Below the pieces are notes generated by a model that was given only the letters and a program-made list of their open reading frames with translations, did no database searches and was not told the origin of the DNA. The translations under genes were made by a program, and so were the position numbers. Source: the human T2T-CHM13v2.0 reference genome, Homo sapiens. From it: a stretch of 64,000 nucleotides of DNA. Below, in pieces: positions 17,218-35,417 of the stretch (position 1 is its first letter; each line of letters opens with the position of its first letter). The stretch is taken from assembly GCF_009914755.1 (NCBI RefSeq), contig NC_060931.1; one strand, 5' to 3'.

Positions 17218-19276
17218 TCTATTTCTAGGTCTATAATCATATCATCTGCAAACAGGGGTAGTTTAACTTACTCTCTTCCTATTTGGATGCCATTTATTTT
17301 TTTCTCTTGCCTGGTTGCTCTGGCTAGGACTTCCAATACTATGCTGAATAGAAGTGGTTAAAGAAGGCTTGTCTTGTGTCACCTTTCAAGGGGAATGCTT
17401 CCAGCTTTTGCCCATTCAGTATGATGTTGTCTGTAGGTTTGTCATAGACAGCTCATGTTATTTTGAGGTACGTTCCTTCAATATCTGGTTTATTAAGAAC
17501 TTTTAACATGAAGGATGTTGAATTTTATCAAAAAACTTTTCTGAATCTTTTGAAATAATCATGGTTTTTGTCTTCAGTTCTGTTTATGTAAGGAATCACA
17601 TTTCTCGATTTACATACCAAACTTGCACCCTGGGATAAAGTCTACTTGATCATGGTATATTAGTTTTTTGCTGTTCTGCTGTATTCAGTTTACAAGTATT
17701 TTGTTGAGGACTTTTTATAGATGTTCATCATGGATATTGGCATGAAGTTTTCTTTTGTTGTCATGTCTCTGCCAGATTTTAGTCACAGGATGATGCTGGC
17801 CTCGTGGAATGAGTTGAGAAGGAGTCCCTCCGATGGAATTTTTGAGAACAGTTTCAGTAGAAATGGTACCAACACTTATTTGTACATCTGATAGAATTTG
17901 GCTGTGAATCCATCTGCTCCTGGGCTTTTTTGTTGTTAGGCTATTTATTACAGATTCAATTTTGGAGCTCATTATTAGTCTGTTCAGGGAATCAATTTCT
18001 TCCTGGTTCATTCTTGGGAACGTATATGTGTCCAGGAATTTATCTATCTCTTCTAAGTTTTCTAGTTTGTGTTAATAGAGGTATTCATAGTAGTTTCTGA
18101 TGGTTTGTCTTATTTTTGTGAGACAGTGGTAACAACCTGTTTATAATTTCTAATTGTGTTTATTTGAATTGTCTCTTCTTTTTTATTATTCTAGCTAGTG
18201 GCCTATCTTATCAATTCTTTCAAAAAACAAACTCCTGGGTTTTTTCATCTTTTGAATGGTTTTTTGTGTCTCAATTTCCTTCAGTTCAGCTCTGACTTTG
18301 GTTTTTTCTTGTCTTCTGCTACCTTTGGGGTTGATTTGTTCTTGCTTCTCTATTCTTTCAGTTGTGCTGTTTGATTGTTAATTAGAGACCTTTCTTACTT
18401 TTTGATGTGGGCATTTATTGTTATGAATTTTCCCTTTAACACTGCCTAAGCTGTATCCCAAAGATTCTGAGATGCTGTGTCTTTGTTTTTATTTGTTTCA
18501 AAGAACTTCTTGATTTCTGCCTTAATTTCATTATTTACCCAAAAATCATTCAGGAGCATGTTGTTTAATTTCTATGTAATTGCATGGTTTTGACGGATTT
18601 TCTTAGTCTTGACTTTTATTTTTCTTGTGCTATGATCTGAGAGTGTGTTTGATGCAATTTATTTTCTTTTGCATTGGGCAAACAATATTTTCTGTCCAAT
18701 TATGTGGTCGATTTTAGAGTATGTGCCATGTGATGATGAGAAGAATGTATATTCTGTTCTTTTGGAGTGGAGAGTTCTGTAAAAGTCTATGAGAGCCATT
18801 TGGTTTAATGATGAGTTCAAATACTAAATGTATTTGCTATTTTTCTGCCTACATTATCTGTTTAATATTGTCAGTAGAGTGTTTATTCTCCCACTATTAT
18901 TGTGTGGGAGTCTACATCTCTTTGTAAGTGTCTAAGAACTTGCTTTATGAATCCGGGTGTCCATGTATTGGGTACATTTTTCTTTTGTTTTCTAGTTGTT
19001 TTTGAGTTAGGTATATATCTTATATTATTCTTTTCATTCTTATTGATAAAAGAGGCAAGAACTAAGAATGTATATATGTCAGATATTTAGGTCTTCTTGT
19101 TGAATGGAACCCTTTACCATTATGTAGTGCCCTTCTATGTCTTTGAAATTAGGATTGCAACCATGCTCTTTACTTTCTTCCATTTGCTTGGTAGATTTTC
19201 TTTCATCCCATTACTTTTGAGACTGTGGGGGTCATTACATGTGAGATGTGACTCTTGAAGAGAGCATACCATTGTG
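17218..19276 (-). mobile_element. Inverted 5' portion of an L1PA (approx. L1PA10-13) ORF2
   Basis: Antisense ORF2 from the EN N-terminus (PMVCSLQE-like) to the LFADD region. ORF 17715-18011 reads [10 protein letters not shown]. Confidence 0.85.
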
Positions 19277-20690
19277 TTATCTAGAACACCTCATACTCTC
19301 AGCCCAAAATGTCCATCAGCGATAAACAACTCCAGCAAAGTTTCAGGATACAAAATAAATGTACAAAAATCCTTACCATTCTTGTAAAGTAACAACAGAC
19401 AAACCAAGGGCCAAACCAGGTAGGCCATTCTATTCACAATTGCCACAAAAAGAATAATATACCTAGGAATACAGCTAACCAGGGAGGTGAAAGATCTCTA
19501 CAATAAGAATTACAAAATACTGCTCAAAGAAATCAGAGATGGCACAAACAAATGGAAAAACATCCTATGCTCACAGATAGGAAGAATCAATACCATTAAA
19601 AAGGTCATATAGCCAAAAGCAATTTATAGATTCAATACTACTTCTGTCAAATGACCAACTACATTCTTCAAAGAACTAGAAAAAAAAACTATTTTAAAAT
19701 TCATATAGAACCAAAAATAGCTTGACTAACCAAGGCAACCCTAAGCAAAAAGAACAAAGCTGGAGGTATCACATCACCTGACTTCAAACTATACTACAGG
19801 GCTACAGTAACCAAAACAGAATGACACTCATACAAAAACAGACACATAGATCAATGGAACAGAATAAAGAGCACAGAATTTTGGCCTCACCCCAATGACC
19901 ATCTGATCTTCAACAAAGGAGACAAAAACAAACAATGGGGAAATGACTGCTTATTCAATAAATGGTACTGGGATAACTGGATAACCATATGCAGAAGATT
20001 GAAGCTAGACCCCTTCCTTATACTACATACAAAAATCAACTCAAGGTGGATTAAAGGCTTAAAAGTAAAACCCCGAAATATAATAACACTGGAAGTCAAT
20101 CTAACTAATGCAATCCTGGACATATGAATGGGCAAATATTTCATGACAAAGATGCCAAAGCAATCGCAACAAAAGCAAAAATTGACAAGTGGGATCTAAT
20201 TAAACTTAAGAGCTTCTGCACAGCAACAGACAACCTACAGAATGGGATAAAATATTTGCAAACTATGCATATAACAAAGGTCTCATATCCAGAATCTGTA
20301 AGGAACTTAAACTTACAAGAGAAAAACAAACAACCCCATTAAAAAGTGGGCAAATAACATGAACAGATGCTTTTCAAAAGAAGACACATATGGGGCCAAA
20401 AAGCATATGAAAGAAAGCTCAATGTCACTGATTATTAGAGAAATGCAAATCAAAAGCGGAATGAAATACCATCTCACATCCATAGAATGGCTATATTAAA
20501 AAGTCAACAAAATAACAGATGCTGAGAAAAGGGAACACACACTCTGTTGGTGGGAGTGTAAATTAGTTCAACCATTGTAGAAGACAGTTTGGCGATTCCT
20601 CAAAGACCTAAAGACTGAAATATCATTTGACCCAGTAATCCCATTGCCGGGTATGTAGCCAGAGGAATGTAAATCATTCTACCATGAAGA
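19277..20690 (+). mobile_element. Sense portion of the same L1PA ORF2, 3'-truncated
   Basis: Starts at the YLE..SAQN position. ORF 20124-20342 reads [23 protein letters not shown]. It stops at ctaccatgaagac with no 3'UTR or polyA. Confidence 0.85.
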
Positions 20691-22530
20691 CTGTAGCTTT
20701 TTTGGATAGTTCTTTATTACTTTATTCCATAGAGTTTGATCTGTTTAAACCTTCAATCTCATTTGGAGTCAATTTTGAAGATTCTGTTTTCCTAGTAAAT
20801 TGTAAATTTTATATAGAATCTCAAATATATTTTGAAAGAGGTGTTTTAAATTTCCTCTGCTTTAATATTTCCCCTCATATTTTCTTTTAGGTATTTGCCT
20901 TTACCCTCTTTTTCTTTTTGATTAGGCTAATTAGGGCTTTGTCTACACCGTTGAATTTTTAGCAAAGCCACCATTTTGATTTATTTATAGTTCTAATAAG
21001 ATGTTTTCTACTTTCTACTTTATTATATTTTTATATTTATTTTTTGTTTTTCTTTTGTTTTCTAGTTGTTTTTGAGTTAGGTATATATCTTATGTTATTC
21101 TTTTCATTCTTATTGATGAAAGAAGCAAGAACTGAGAATTTCCCTCTGATTACTGCTTTAAGTTGTATCCAATAGAACCTAATGTAGTTTTAACAATTAT
21201 TTTTGCTTAGAAATTCTGCAAATTTAGTTTTTTATTTCCCTTTTACCTATATTCAATAGAAAGTTTTTAAATTTTCAAGTTAAAGGGAATTTTTGCTCTT
21301 AATATTGTTATTAATTTCTAATTTATTGTATTGTGATATGAGAATGTTATTTTTACTTCTGTTTTACAGAATTTGTTGTGATCAATTTTTGTAAATGATT
21401 CATATGTTTATAGGAAGTTTTATGCACATCTATAATGTCTACATTATTGGTGTGTTGCTTTTGTCTATTGCACTAAGAATGTTATTTTAAACTCCCCATA
21501 ATATTGCTTTATAGTTGTCTATTTTTTTCTGTATTATGAAGTTTTTGCTGCCTGTTTGGTGCAAAAAGATCCATATTGTTCTGTCTTTGATGTAAATTTT
21601 AACTTTTACTTTATAAAGTTTCCCTCTTCCTTTCATTGTTGCCTTTGGCCTGCTTTCTGCTTTGCCTGATATCAGTATTACAACCTCCACTTTTCTATTG
21701 TTTGTGTTTGTCTCTGAACGGTTGCCCATAACTTAACTTGCAGCCATCCTGAATCACTTAATTTTGGTTTAACTGTATTTTGTGTACCACTCCAAAAATT
21801 ATTTGATTTGTTGAGTGAGCTAAGCCCATGTATATGTGTTAATATAACTGATACATCTGGCATCAAAGTTTTATTTTTTTGCTACATTTAATGTGTACAC
21901 TTTGTTATATTTACTGTTTCTAATTTCTGTATTTTTTTCTTTGCTGTTTAATTGTACTCCTTTTGCTATTTAGAAAGTTAATACTATTGCAGTAGCTACC
22001 TTTAACACATTTCATAATGACTTAGTTCCTCCTTTTTAAAATTAGCTTTTTAATATTAGAATTGGCAGCTTTAGATATATTTATTTAGAAGTTATATATT
22101 TAGATATCTATATTTAGAATTGTAGGCTTAGATATTCTTTTATTTCCATTTATTGTCTATGTGGCAATCAATGAGCCTATTGTACTTTTCTCCTTTTATA
22201 TACCTCCCATTTTTTCAGTTATGTTTTCTTCTCATTTATTACAATTTAGAACACTGACATACTAACCTTCAACACTGTACTCACCTGAATTTTATTCTTA
22301 GAGCTTCACTTAAATACCTTAAGTAAATACTACCAGTCCTTTTCCCAAAGTTCCCCCATCATGTGTTAATCAAATGAAATTTTTTATCTCTAGATGCCTC
22401 AAAATGTGCTCATGAGTAAAATATTTCCAGATTACTCGAATGCTTACAGCATTTGCATGGTTACAGCATGTTATATAACCTTAACACATTAAGGATACTG
22501 TGATAGAAAAGAATCCTTACCTCAAATTTT
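20691..22530 (-). mobile_element. Ancient L1M (L1ME/L1M5-like) ORF2/ORF1 remnant
   Basis: Highly degenerate T-rich antisense L1. ORF 21487-21729 has an EN-like VVILISGK motif. Confidence 0.6.
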
Positions 22531-23372
22531 CTTTCCTTTTTTTAAAACTTTTATTTTAGGTTCAGAGGTATATGTGCAGGTTTGTTATATAGGTAAATTA
22601 CATGTCACAGGAGTTTGGTGTACAGATTATTTTGCTACCAAGATAATAAACATAGTACCTGATAAGCAGTATTTTAATTGTCACCCTCCTACCTCCCTCC
22701 ACCCTCAAGTAGGCACCAGTGTCTGATTTCCTTCTTCAAGGTAATATATATTCAATGTTTAACTCCCACTTATAAGTGAGAACATGCAGTATTTGTTTTT
22801 GTGTTCCTATGTTACTTCACTTAGGAAAATGACCTCCAGCTCTATCCATGTTGCTGCAAAGGACATGATGTCCTTCTTTTTTATGGCTGTATTCCATGGT
22901 GTATATGTACCACATTTTCTTTATCCAGTCTAGTCTTGATAAGGATTTAAGTTGAATTCATGACTTCGCTACTGTGATAAGTGCTTCAGTGAACATACAT
23001 GTGCGTGTGTCTCTATGATAGATGGTTTATATTCCTTTGGGTATGTACCCAATAATGGGATCACTGGGTCGAATGGTAATTCTACTTGGAGTTCTTCAAG
23101 AAATCACCAAACTGATTTCCACAATGGCTACACTAATTTACATTCCCAGTAGCAGTGTATACACATTCCCTTCTCTCTGCAACCTCACCAGTATCTGCTA
23201 TTCGTTGACTTTCTAATGATAGTTATTATGACTGGTATAAGTTGGTATCTCATCGTGGTGTTGATTTGCATTTTTCTAATGATTAGTCATGTTGAACATT
23301 TTTTATATGCTTGGTGACCATGCATATGTCTTCTTTCTAAAAGTGTCTGTTTATGTCCTTTGCTCACTTTTT

Positions 23373-23737
23373 CAAATTTATTTTTTATTACTTTAAGTTC
23401 TAAGATGCATGTGCAGAACGTGCAGGTTTGTTACACAGGTATACATGTGCCATGGTGATTTGCTGCACCCATCAACCAATCATCTACATTAGGTATTTCT
23501 CCTAATGCTATCCCTCCCCTTGTCCCACCCCCCGGGCCTGAGTGTGTGATGTTCTCCTCCCTGTGCCCCTATGTTCTAATTGTGCAACTCCCACTTATGA
23601 ATGAGAACACTGGTGTTTGGTTTTCTGTTCCTTTATTAGATTACTGAGAATGATGGTTTACAGCTTCATCCACGTCCTTGCAAAGGACATGAACTCATTC
23701 TTTTTTATAGCTACATAGTATTCCATGGTGTATATGA
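23373..23737 (-). mobile_element. L1PA7/8-like 3' fragment (severely 5'-truncated)
   Basis: catgtgcagaacgtgcaggtttgttacacaggtatacatgtgccatggtg. Flanked by ctttgctcactt and ctttgcccactt. Confidence 0.85.
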
Positions 23738-23749
23738 CTTTGCCCACTT

Positions 23750-27453
<3,704 letters not shown>

Positions 27454-27889
27454 TTATAGATTCTGGATATTAGAACTTTGTCGTATGCATAATTTGCAAA
27501 TATTTTCTCCCATTCTGTAAGTGGTGTATTTACTCTGTTGTTAGTTTCTTTTGCTGTAAAGAAGCTATTGAGATTAATTAGGTCCCATTTGTCAATTTTT
27601 ATTTGGTTGCAACTGCTTTTGTTTTCTTCATCATAAAATCTTTGCCAGGTCCTATGTCAGGATGGTACTTCCTAGGTTATATTCCAGGGTTTTTATACTT
27701 TCAGGTTTTGTATTTAAGTCTTTAATCCATCTTCAGATGATTTTGAATATGGTGTAAAGAACAGGTCCAGATTCAACATTCTGCATGGGGCTAGTCAGTT
27801 ATTGCAACAGGGAGTTGCAATATTTATTAAACAGGCAGTCCTTTCCTCATTGCTTATTTTTGTCAACTTTGTCAGGGATCAGATGGTTG

Positions 27890-28689
27890 TGAAACAGGAG
27901 AGTTCTGTTATCCCTTTTGCAGGGTGTTCAACAGGGGTGTGGCTCACTTCTTCGGTGCCCCACTGCTCAAACCCCTAGGGGAACCGTGCAGACAAGCAGG
28001 TGAAGAGGTTGTGGGGAGGATTTTTGGGCTTCGACCCCATGGCAGTATCTAGGGGTCAGTGTTTACAAAGCCTGAAACCCAAATAGGCATGTGTTACACT
28101 GTGCTCTTTCAGCTTTGCTAGCTACAGGCAGCTTGTGTTAATCAGCTCAATCAGACTCTACGCCTTGTCATAAGGACAGATGGCTTTTTGTATCCCGGGT
28201 CCTTGCCCTAGTGTACCAGAAAAATGGAATCACACATGGGCTTGCAGGATGAGTGCAAGGTTTTATTAAGTGGTGGAGGTAGCTCTCAGAGAAATGGAGA
28301 TAGATGGGGAGTCAGAGGGGGATGGATTAGGAAGGTGGTCTTCCCCTGGAATTGGATTGCCCAGCAGCCAGACTCTCCTCTGATATCCCCCCTTGGCATC
28401 CACATCATTTCACCATTCCTGGTCTGCTGGTGTCTGCTGAAGTCTGTCAGTGTGTTCTGCTCCTCTGAACTCCAGCTGCTTGTGTCTGTACCCACTGTGG
28501 TCTTGAGTTTTTATGGGCACAGGATGGTGGCATGGCGGGCCACAGTGGTCTTGGAAAATGCAACATTTGGGTGTAAAAACAGGAGTGCCTGTTCTCACTT
28601 AGGTCCGTGGGCACAGGCCTGAGGGTAGAGCCCTCACCAAGGACCCCATCCTTCTCTATCCAGCACTTCCCTGCTCCCATCCCATGTCA
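27890..28689 (-). mobile_element. ERV1 solo LTR, LTR1-like (HUERS-P2)
   Basis: TG...CA termini and perfect 4-bp TSD gttg (27886-27889, 28690-28693). The minus strand starts tgacatgggatgggagcagggaagtgctgg...cctgtgcccacggaccta. Confidence 0.85.
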
Positions 28690-31456
28690 GTTGCAGGTGT
28701 GCAGCATTATTTCTGAGCTCTCTATTCTGTTTCATTGGTCTATATTTCTGTTTTTGTAACAGTACCATGCATTTTGGTTACTGTAGCCTCAGTATGATTT
28801 GAAGTTGGGTGATGTAATGCCTTCAGCTTTGTTCTTTTTGCTTAGAATTGCCTTGACAATTCAAGCTTTTTTGGGTTCCATATGAATTTTCAATTTCTTT
28901 CTTTTTTGTAATTCTGTAAAGAATGTCATTGGTAGTTTGATAGGAATAGCATTTAATCTGTAAATTGCTTTAGATAGGATGGCCATTTAACAATAATTAT
29001 TCTTCCTATCCATGAGCATGAAATATTTTTACATTTGTGACTTCTCTGATTTCTTTGAGCAGTGTTTTGTAATTCTCATTGTAGAGATCTTTCACCTCCC
29101 TAGTTAGCTGCATTCCTAGGTATTTTATTCTTTTTATGGCTATTGTGAATGGGATTGTGTTAGTGATTTGGTTGTCAGCCTGAATGTTGTTGTTGAATAC
29201 GAATGCCACTGATTTTTGTATGTTGATTTTTGTATCCTAAAACTTTGCCAAAGTTGATTATCAGATAAATGAGTTTTGGGGCATAGACTATGGGGTTTTC
29301 TATGTGTAGATTCATATGATCTGCAAATAAGGATAGTTTGACTTATTCTCTTCCTATTTAGATACCTTTTATTTCTTTATCTTGTTCAATTGCTCTGGCC
29401 AGGATTTACAGTTCTATATTGCATAGGAGTGGTAAGAAAGAACATCCAGGTCTTGCTCTGGTTTTTATAGGAAATGTTTCAAGCTATTGCCCATTCAGTA
29501 TGACACTGGCTGTGGGATTGTCATAGATGGCTCTTATTTTTTTGAGGTTTGTTCATTCAATGCCTGCTTGTTGAAGGTTTTTAACATTAAGCAACATTCA
29601 ATTTCATCAAAAGCCTTTTCTGCATCTTTTGAGATTATCATATGGTTTTTGTTTTTAAGTCTCTTTATGTAATGAATCGCATTTATTCATTTTGCATATG
29701 TTGAACCAACCTTGCATCCCATTGATAAAGGCTCTTTGATCATAGTGCATTAGCTTTTTGATGTGCTGCTGGATTCAATTTGCTAGTATTTTGTTTAGGA
29801 TTTTTGCATGGCTACCAAAGACAATGGCCGGAACTTTTCCTTTTTTGTTGTGTCTCTGCCAGATGTTGGTATCATGATAATGCTGGCCTCCTAGAACAAA
29901 CTGGAGAGGAATCCCTCCTCCTCAATTTTTTTGGAATAATTTTCATATAAATGGTTCCAGTTCTTAACATATCTTACAGAATTAAGCTGCGGATTTATCT
30001 GGTCATAGGCTTTTTTGGGTTGGCAGGCTTTTATTACTGATTCAAACTTAGAACTTTTTATTGGTCTGTTCAGGAATTCAGTCTCTTCCTGGTTCAATCT
30101 TGGGAAATCGTATCATTCCAGGAATGTATCCACTTCTAGGTTTTCCAGCTTCTGTCATAGAGCTGCTTGCAGTAGTCTGAGGGTTTTTGTATTTCTCTGG
30201 GGTCAGTGGTTATGTCCCCTTTGTCATATTCAATTGTTTTTATTTTTATATTCTCTCTTCTTTAAGTCTAGCTAGTGGTCTATCTATCTTACTAATTCTT
30301 TCAAAGAAGAAACTCCTGGAATTGTTGATCTTTTGTTTGCTTTTTTTGCATCTCAATCTTCTTCAATTCAGATCTCATTTTGGTTATTTCTTCTCTTCTT
30401 CTGGCTTTGGGGTTGGTTGCCTCTTGTTTCTCTAGTTCCTCTAGTTGTGATGTTAGATTTTTAATCTGAGATCTTTCTAACATTTTGATGTGGGTGTTTA
30501 ATGCCATAAACTTTCCTCTTAACACTGCTTTAGCTGTGTCCCAGAGACGCTCTTATGTTGTATCTTTGTTTTCATTAGTTTCAAAGAATTTATTGATTTC
30601 TATTTTAATTTCATTATTTACCCACTAGTAATTTAAGAGAAGGTTAATTTCCATGAAATTGTATGGTTATGAGTGATTTTCTTAGTATTGATTTCAATTT
30701 TTTTTTGCACTGTGGTCCAAGAGAATGTGGTTGGTATGATTTTGATTTGTTGCTGTTGTTTTTGAATTTAAGAATTGTTCCATGGCCAATCGTGTGGTCA
30801 GTTTTAAAGTATGGGCCATGTGCAGGTGAGAAGAATGTACGTTCCATTGTTTCTGGTTGGAGAGTTCTGTAGATGTATGTTAAGTCCATTTGGTCAAGTG
30901 TTGAGTTAAAGGCCTGGATATCTTTGTTATTTTTCTGCCTTGATGATCTGTCTAATATTGTCAGTGGGGTGTTAAAGTCCCTCACTCTTATTGTATGGTT
31001 ATCTAAGTCTCTTTGTAGGTCTATAAAAATTTGCTTTACGAATCTAGGTGCTCCTGTGTTTGGTGCATATATATTTACATAATTAAATCTTGTTGAGTTG
31101 AGCCCTCTACAATTATGTAACTCACTTCTTTGTGTTTTTTATCTTAGTTGGTTTAAGTCTGCTTTGTCTGAAATTAGAATAGTAACCCATGCTTCTTTCT
31201 GTTTTCCATTTGCTTGGTAGACTTTTCTTCATGCTTTTACTTTGAGCCTATGGGTATCACTGCATGTGAGATGGGTATCTTGAAGACAGTATCCAATTGG
31301 GTCTTGCTTCTTTATTCAACTTGCCAAACTGTGCCTTTTAATTGGGGCATTTAGTCCATTTACATTCAAGGTTAGTATTGATATGTGTGGATTTGATCCT
31401 GTCTTTGTATTGTTACCTTGTTATTATGCAGACATGTTAGTGTGGTTGCTTTATTA

Positions 31457-31530
31457 TGTCACTGGTCTCTGCAATTAAATGTGATTCTTTTGTGTCACTG
31501 GTCTCTGCAATTAAATGTGATTCTTTTGTG
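31457..31530. repeat. 36-bp perfect tandem duplication
   Basis: tgtcactggtctctgcaattaaatgtgattcttttg x2. Confidence 0.95.
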
Positions 31531-33984
31531 GTGAGCATTGATTTTTTCTTTCCATAAGCACTCCCTTCAGGACCTCTTGAAAGGTACGTGTGGTGATAAC
31601 GAATTCCCTTGGCATTTGCATGTCTGAAAATAATCTTATTTATCCTTCGCCTATAAAACTTAGTTTGGCTGAGTATGAAATTCTTGTTTGGAAATTCTTT
31701 TATTCAAGAATGTTGAATATAGGCTTCCAGTCTTTTCTGGCTTTTAGAGTTTCTGCTCAAATGTCCACTGTTAGCCTGATGGGGTTCACTTTGTAGGTGT
31801 TTTGGCACTTCTCTCTAGCTGCCTTTAACACTTTTTCCTTCATTCTGACCTTAGAGAATCTGATAACTATGTGTCTTGGGGATGGTCTTCTTGTGTACTG
31901 TTTTGCAGGGGTTCTCCACATTTCCTGAATTATTACATTGGCATCTGTATTGAGGTTGGGGAAATTTTCATGGATGATATCCTGAAATATGTTTTCCAAG
32001 TTGCTTGCTTCCTCTCCTTCTCTTAGGGACACCAATGAGTAGTAGATTTGGTCTCTTTACATAAGACCACATTTCTCAGAGGTTTCGTTCATTCTTCCTT
32101 ATTGTTTATTTATTTTTGTCTGACTGAGTTATTTTGGAGAGCCATCTTCAAGTTCTAAGTTTCTTTTCTCTGCTTGGTTGATTTTGCTGTTAATACTTGT
32201 GATTGTATTCTAAAATTCTTGAAGTAAGTTTTTCATTTCTATCAGATCAGTTTGGTTATTTCTTAAAATGGCCATTTCTTCTTTTATCTCCTGTATCATT
32301 TTACTGCATTCCTTAGAGTCCTCATATTGAGTTTTGACTTTCTGCTGAACACTGATGCTCTTCATTCCTATCCAGAGTCTGAATTCTATTTCTGTCATTT
32401 CAGCCATTTCAGCCTGGTTAAGAACCATTGCTGGGGAAATATTCCTGTTTTTGGAGGTAAGAAAACACTCTGGCTATTTGAGTTTCCAGAGTGCTTGTGC
32501 TGACTCTTTCTCATCTTTGTGGGCTTTGAAGTTACTATTCTTTGGATTTTTTTCTTTTATCTTCTTTGATGCCCTTGGGGTTTGGTTGTGGTGTAAGATG
32601 GGTTCTGCTGACTTGCTTCTTTTCTGGAAGATTTTTAGGGGGCCAAAGCTCTCCTTAGGACTCCTGGACTGCATACCATCATTCTAAGGGGCAGGTATCA
32701 GGCCCCTGCCTTTGTTCTCTGGCCTTTAGAGGTTAGAATCCTGCTGTGCTGGAGGGGCCAACATGTTCCTGGACTGCTGGTTACAACACTCGATGGGTGG
32801 TGGCAGCCAAAGCACTTCATTGGGTGCTGGCAGTGGGATCTATGCATATTCACATATGCCAGCAGCAGTGGCAGTGTGGCAGGTTACATAGGCTGAGGTA
32901 GGGCACTTGAAGGCATGAGTCTGGTGTCTTCCCTGTGCACAATCATGCTGGCAGCAGTTGCAGCACAGGGAGGGAGATGGGGCTGCTGGTTTCTATGCAC
33001 ACCCTTGCATTGGCAATGGTGCAGCAAAGGGGTGATATGTTCATGCCAGCAGCAGTGGCACGATGGTGTGCATGTGCACACACATGCCAGTGGCAAAGGG
33101 GAGGCAAGGTCCACCCATGTGCACCTGCCCCAGCAAAGCAATGTGGTGGGTGACTGTAGGCAAGTGCATTCCTGCAAAGTGGCATGAGGGAGGCAGTGGT
33201 AGAGGGTGGCAGGTGGGCTAGTGAGCACAGCCAGGTGCCGCCCTGCTGGAGCTCTCTTATGGTCAGGTGTGGTCTGTTACTGCAGAAGCTATGATAAGGG
33301 CCCTCAAGAGACACCCCAGCTGGGCATCCAAGGCTGCACTGAAAGTAGGCATGGCTAGGCTGGGGTTCCAGGAGAAGCTAGCATACGGCGGGGGCTCTCA
33401 GGTCAGATCAGCCCCAACTCATGGGCAGGATTGCTCTACTCTGTCCAAGCACCACAGTTCCCCTGTGACTGAAGTCTCATAAGGAAGTAAGGCAATCCTT
33501 GGAGTGTGGGGATCCCTGGCCATGCTCCACTGAAGATGCTCCTATACCAAACCCTCTGGGCTCTGTACCAGCTGGACTTCTGCCAGTACCACCTCACTAA
33601 GCAGCTCTCCCTGCCAGCTCAAGTGTCCATAGGGTCATGGGGTCTCCTGCTACCAAGATTCCAGAGGTCCATGGTGAGAGGCCAGTTGCTCCTCACCTGC
33701 TCAACTCATCCCTTCCCCAGGAGTTGTTGGGGACCAGGGACTAGTTGTGGTGTGTAGCAGCAGCCCTTTGCAGAGTTCCCAGTTTCCTCTCCATTCAGCC
33801 TAGCTTATTTAACCTCCCTCCATCTACTCTCAATGCCATCCCTCTGAATATGTGCTCAGAATGCACCAGTCTTCTGGATGCCCCATTCCTCTGTGGCAGA
33901 TTTTCCTCCTTGCTGCATCTAGTCAGCCATATTGTCTCTCAATAAATCCTTTAATTTCTTAAAAATGTTTTACCATTGTTACCT

Positions 33985-34445
33985 ATCAGTAACTGAAGGA
34001 TCTGAGATTGGGGTATTATTTACTGGGGAGCTAATAAGGAAGCCAGATACTGCTTTTATGGATGATGGGAAAAGACATAAGACTCCTGGCCCAGAGACAA
34101 AGGGCTCTATTACTCATGCACTGTAAGAAGCATGAACATCAGCATATTTTTCATTACTTCCTCTTGTCTGCAAGTCCTACAGCAATGATGCAGGTAGGAA
34201 CTGAATGTCTGAACATAGAGTAGCTTGTGTTATAGGAAAGAAATCCTGAGCTTAGTAAAACTATATCATTTACAATAGGTGGTAACCATACCTACCCTTT
34301 GTTCCAGAGGGAGATACTATATCTTCCAAGACTATTCACTATACAAAAATCCTGGAAAAGATAGTCTGGAACAAAAGACAGTCAGTGCCTCTGCTTGCAA
34401 GGCATGTAGAAGCACAAGAGATCCATAGGTAATTGTCTCCCCAGA
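33985..34445 (-). mobile_element. LTR40-like (ERVL) solo LTR
   Basis: Minus strand ggagacaatt...gcagaggcactgactgtcttttgttccagactatcttttc matches the LTR40 5' end as I recall it. Confidence 0.75.
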
Positions 34446-34794
34446 TTACCTTGATTTATATAATGACAACCTAATTTTGTTGGTACAAAGAATCTTCAGA
34501 GATTTTACTGGTGTCAAGTTTCTCATATAGTCATGAATATAAGGAAGGGTATGCTTTTTGTAGTGTAGGTTAAAGAAGACTATTAAAAAAAAGGTGCATA
34601 TGAGTACTAAACCCCTTCTACTCAGTCATGCCACGCATGACCCCAAGTCTTAGGTTTTCTATCTCTTTTGACATCATAAGGCTTGGGGTAATGTATGGCA
34701 TGAGAGAATATTATCATGAAGGTCAGAGGGGTTACCTAGAACCTGCATCTTAGCTTCCACTTATGAGCACTCAGCCAATGCCCAGGACACATCT

Positions 34795-35417
<623 letters not shown>

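Noticed and set aside
32884-33945. Cluster of overlapping ORFs in a GC-rich stretch with repeated tgccagcagcagtggca
   Set aside because: This is the 5'UTR of the old full-length L1. Higher GC lowers stop frequency, and no protein motifs are recognisable.
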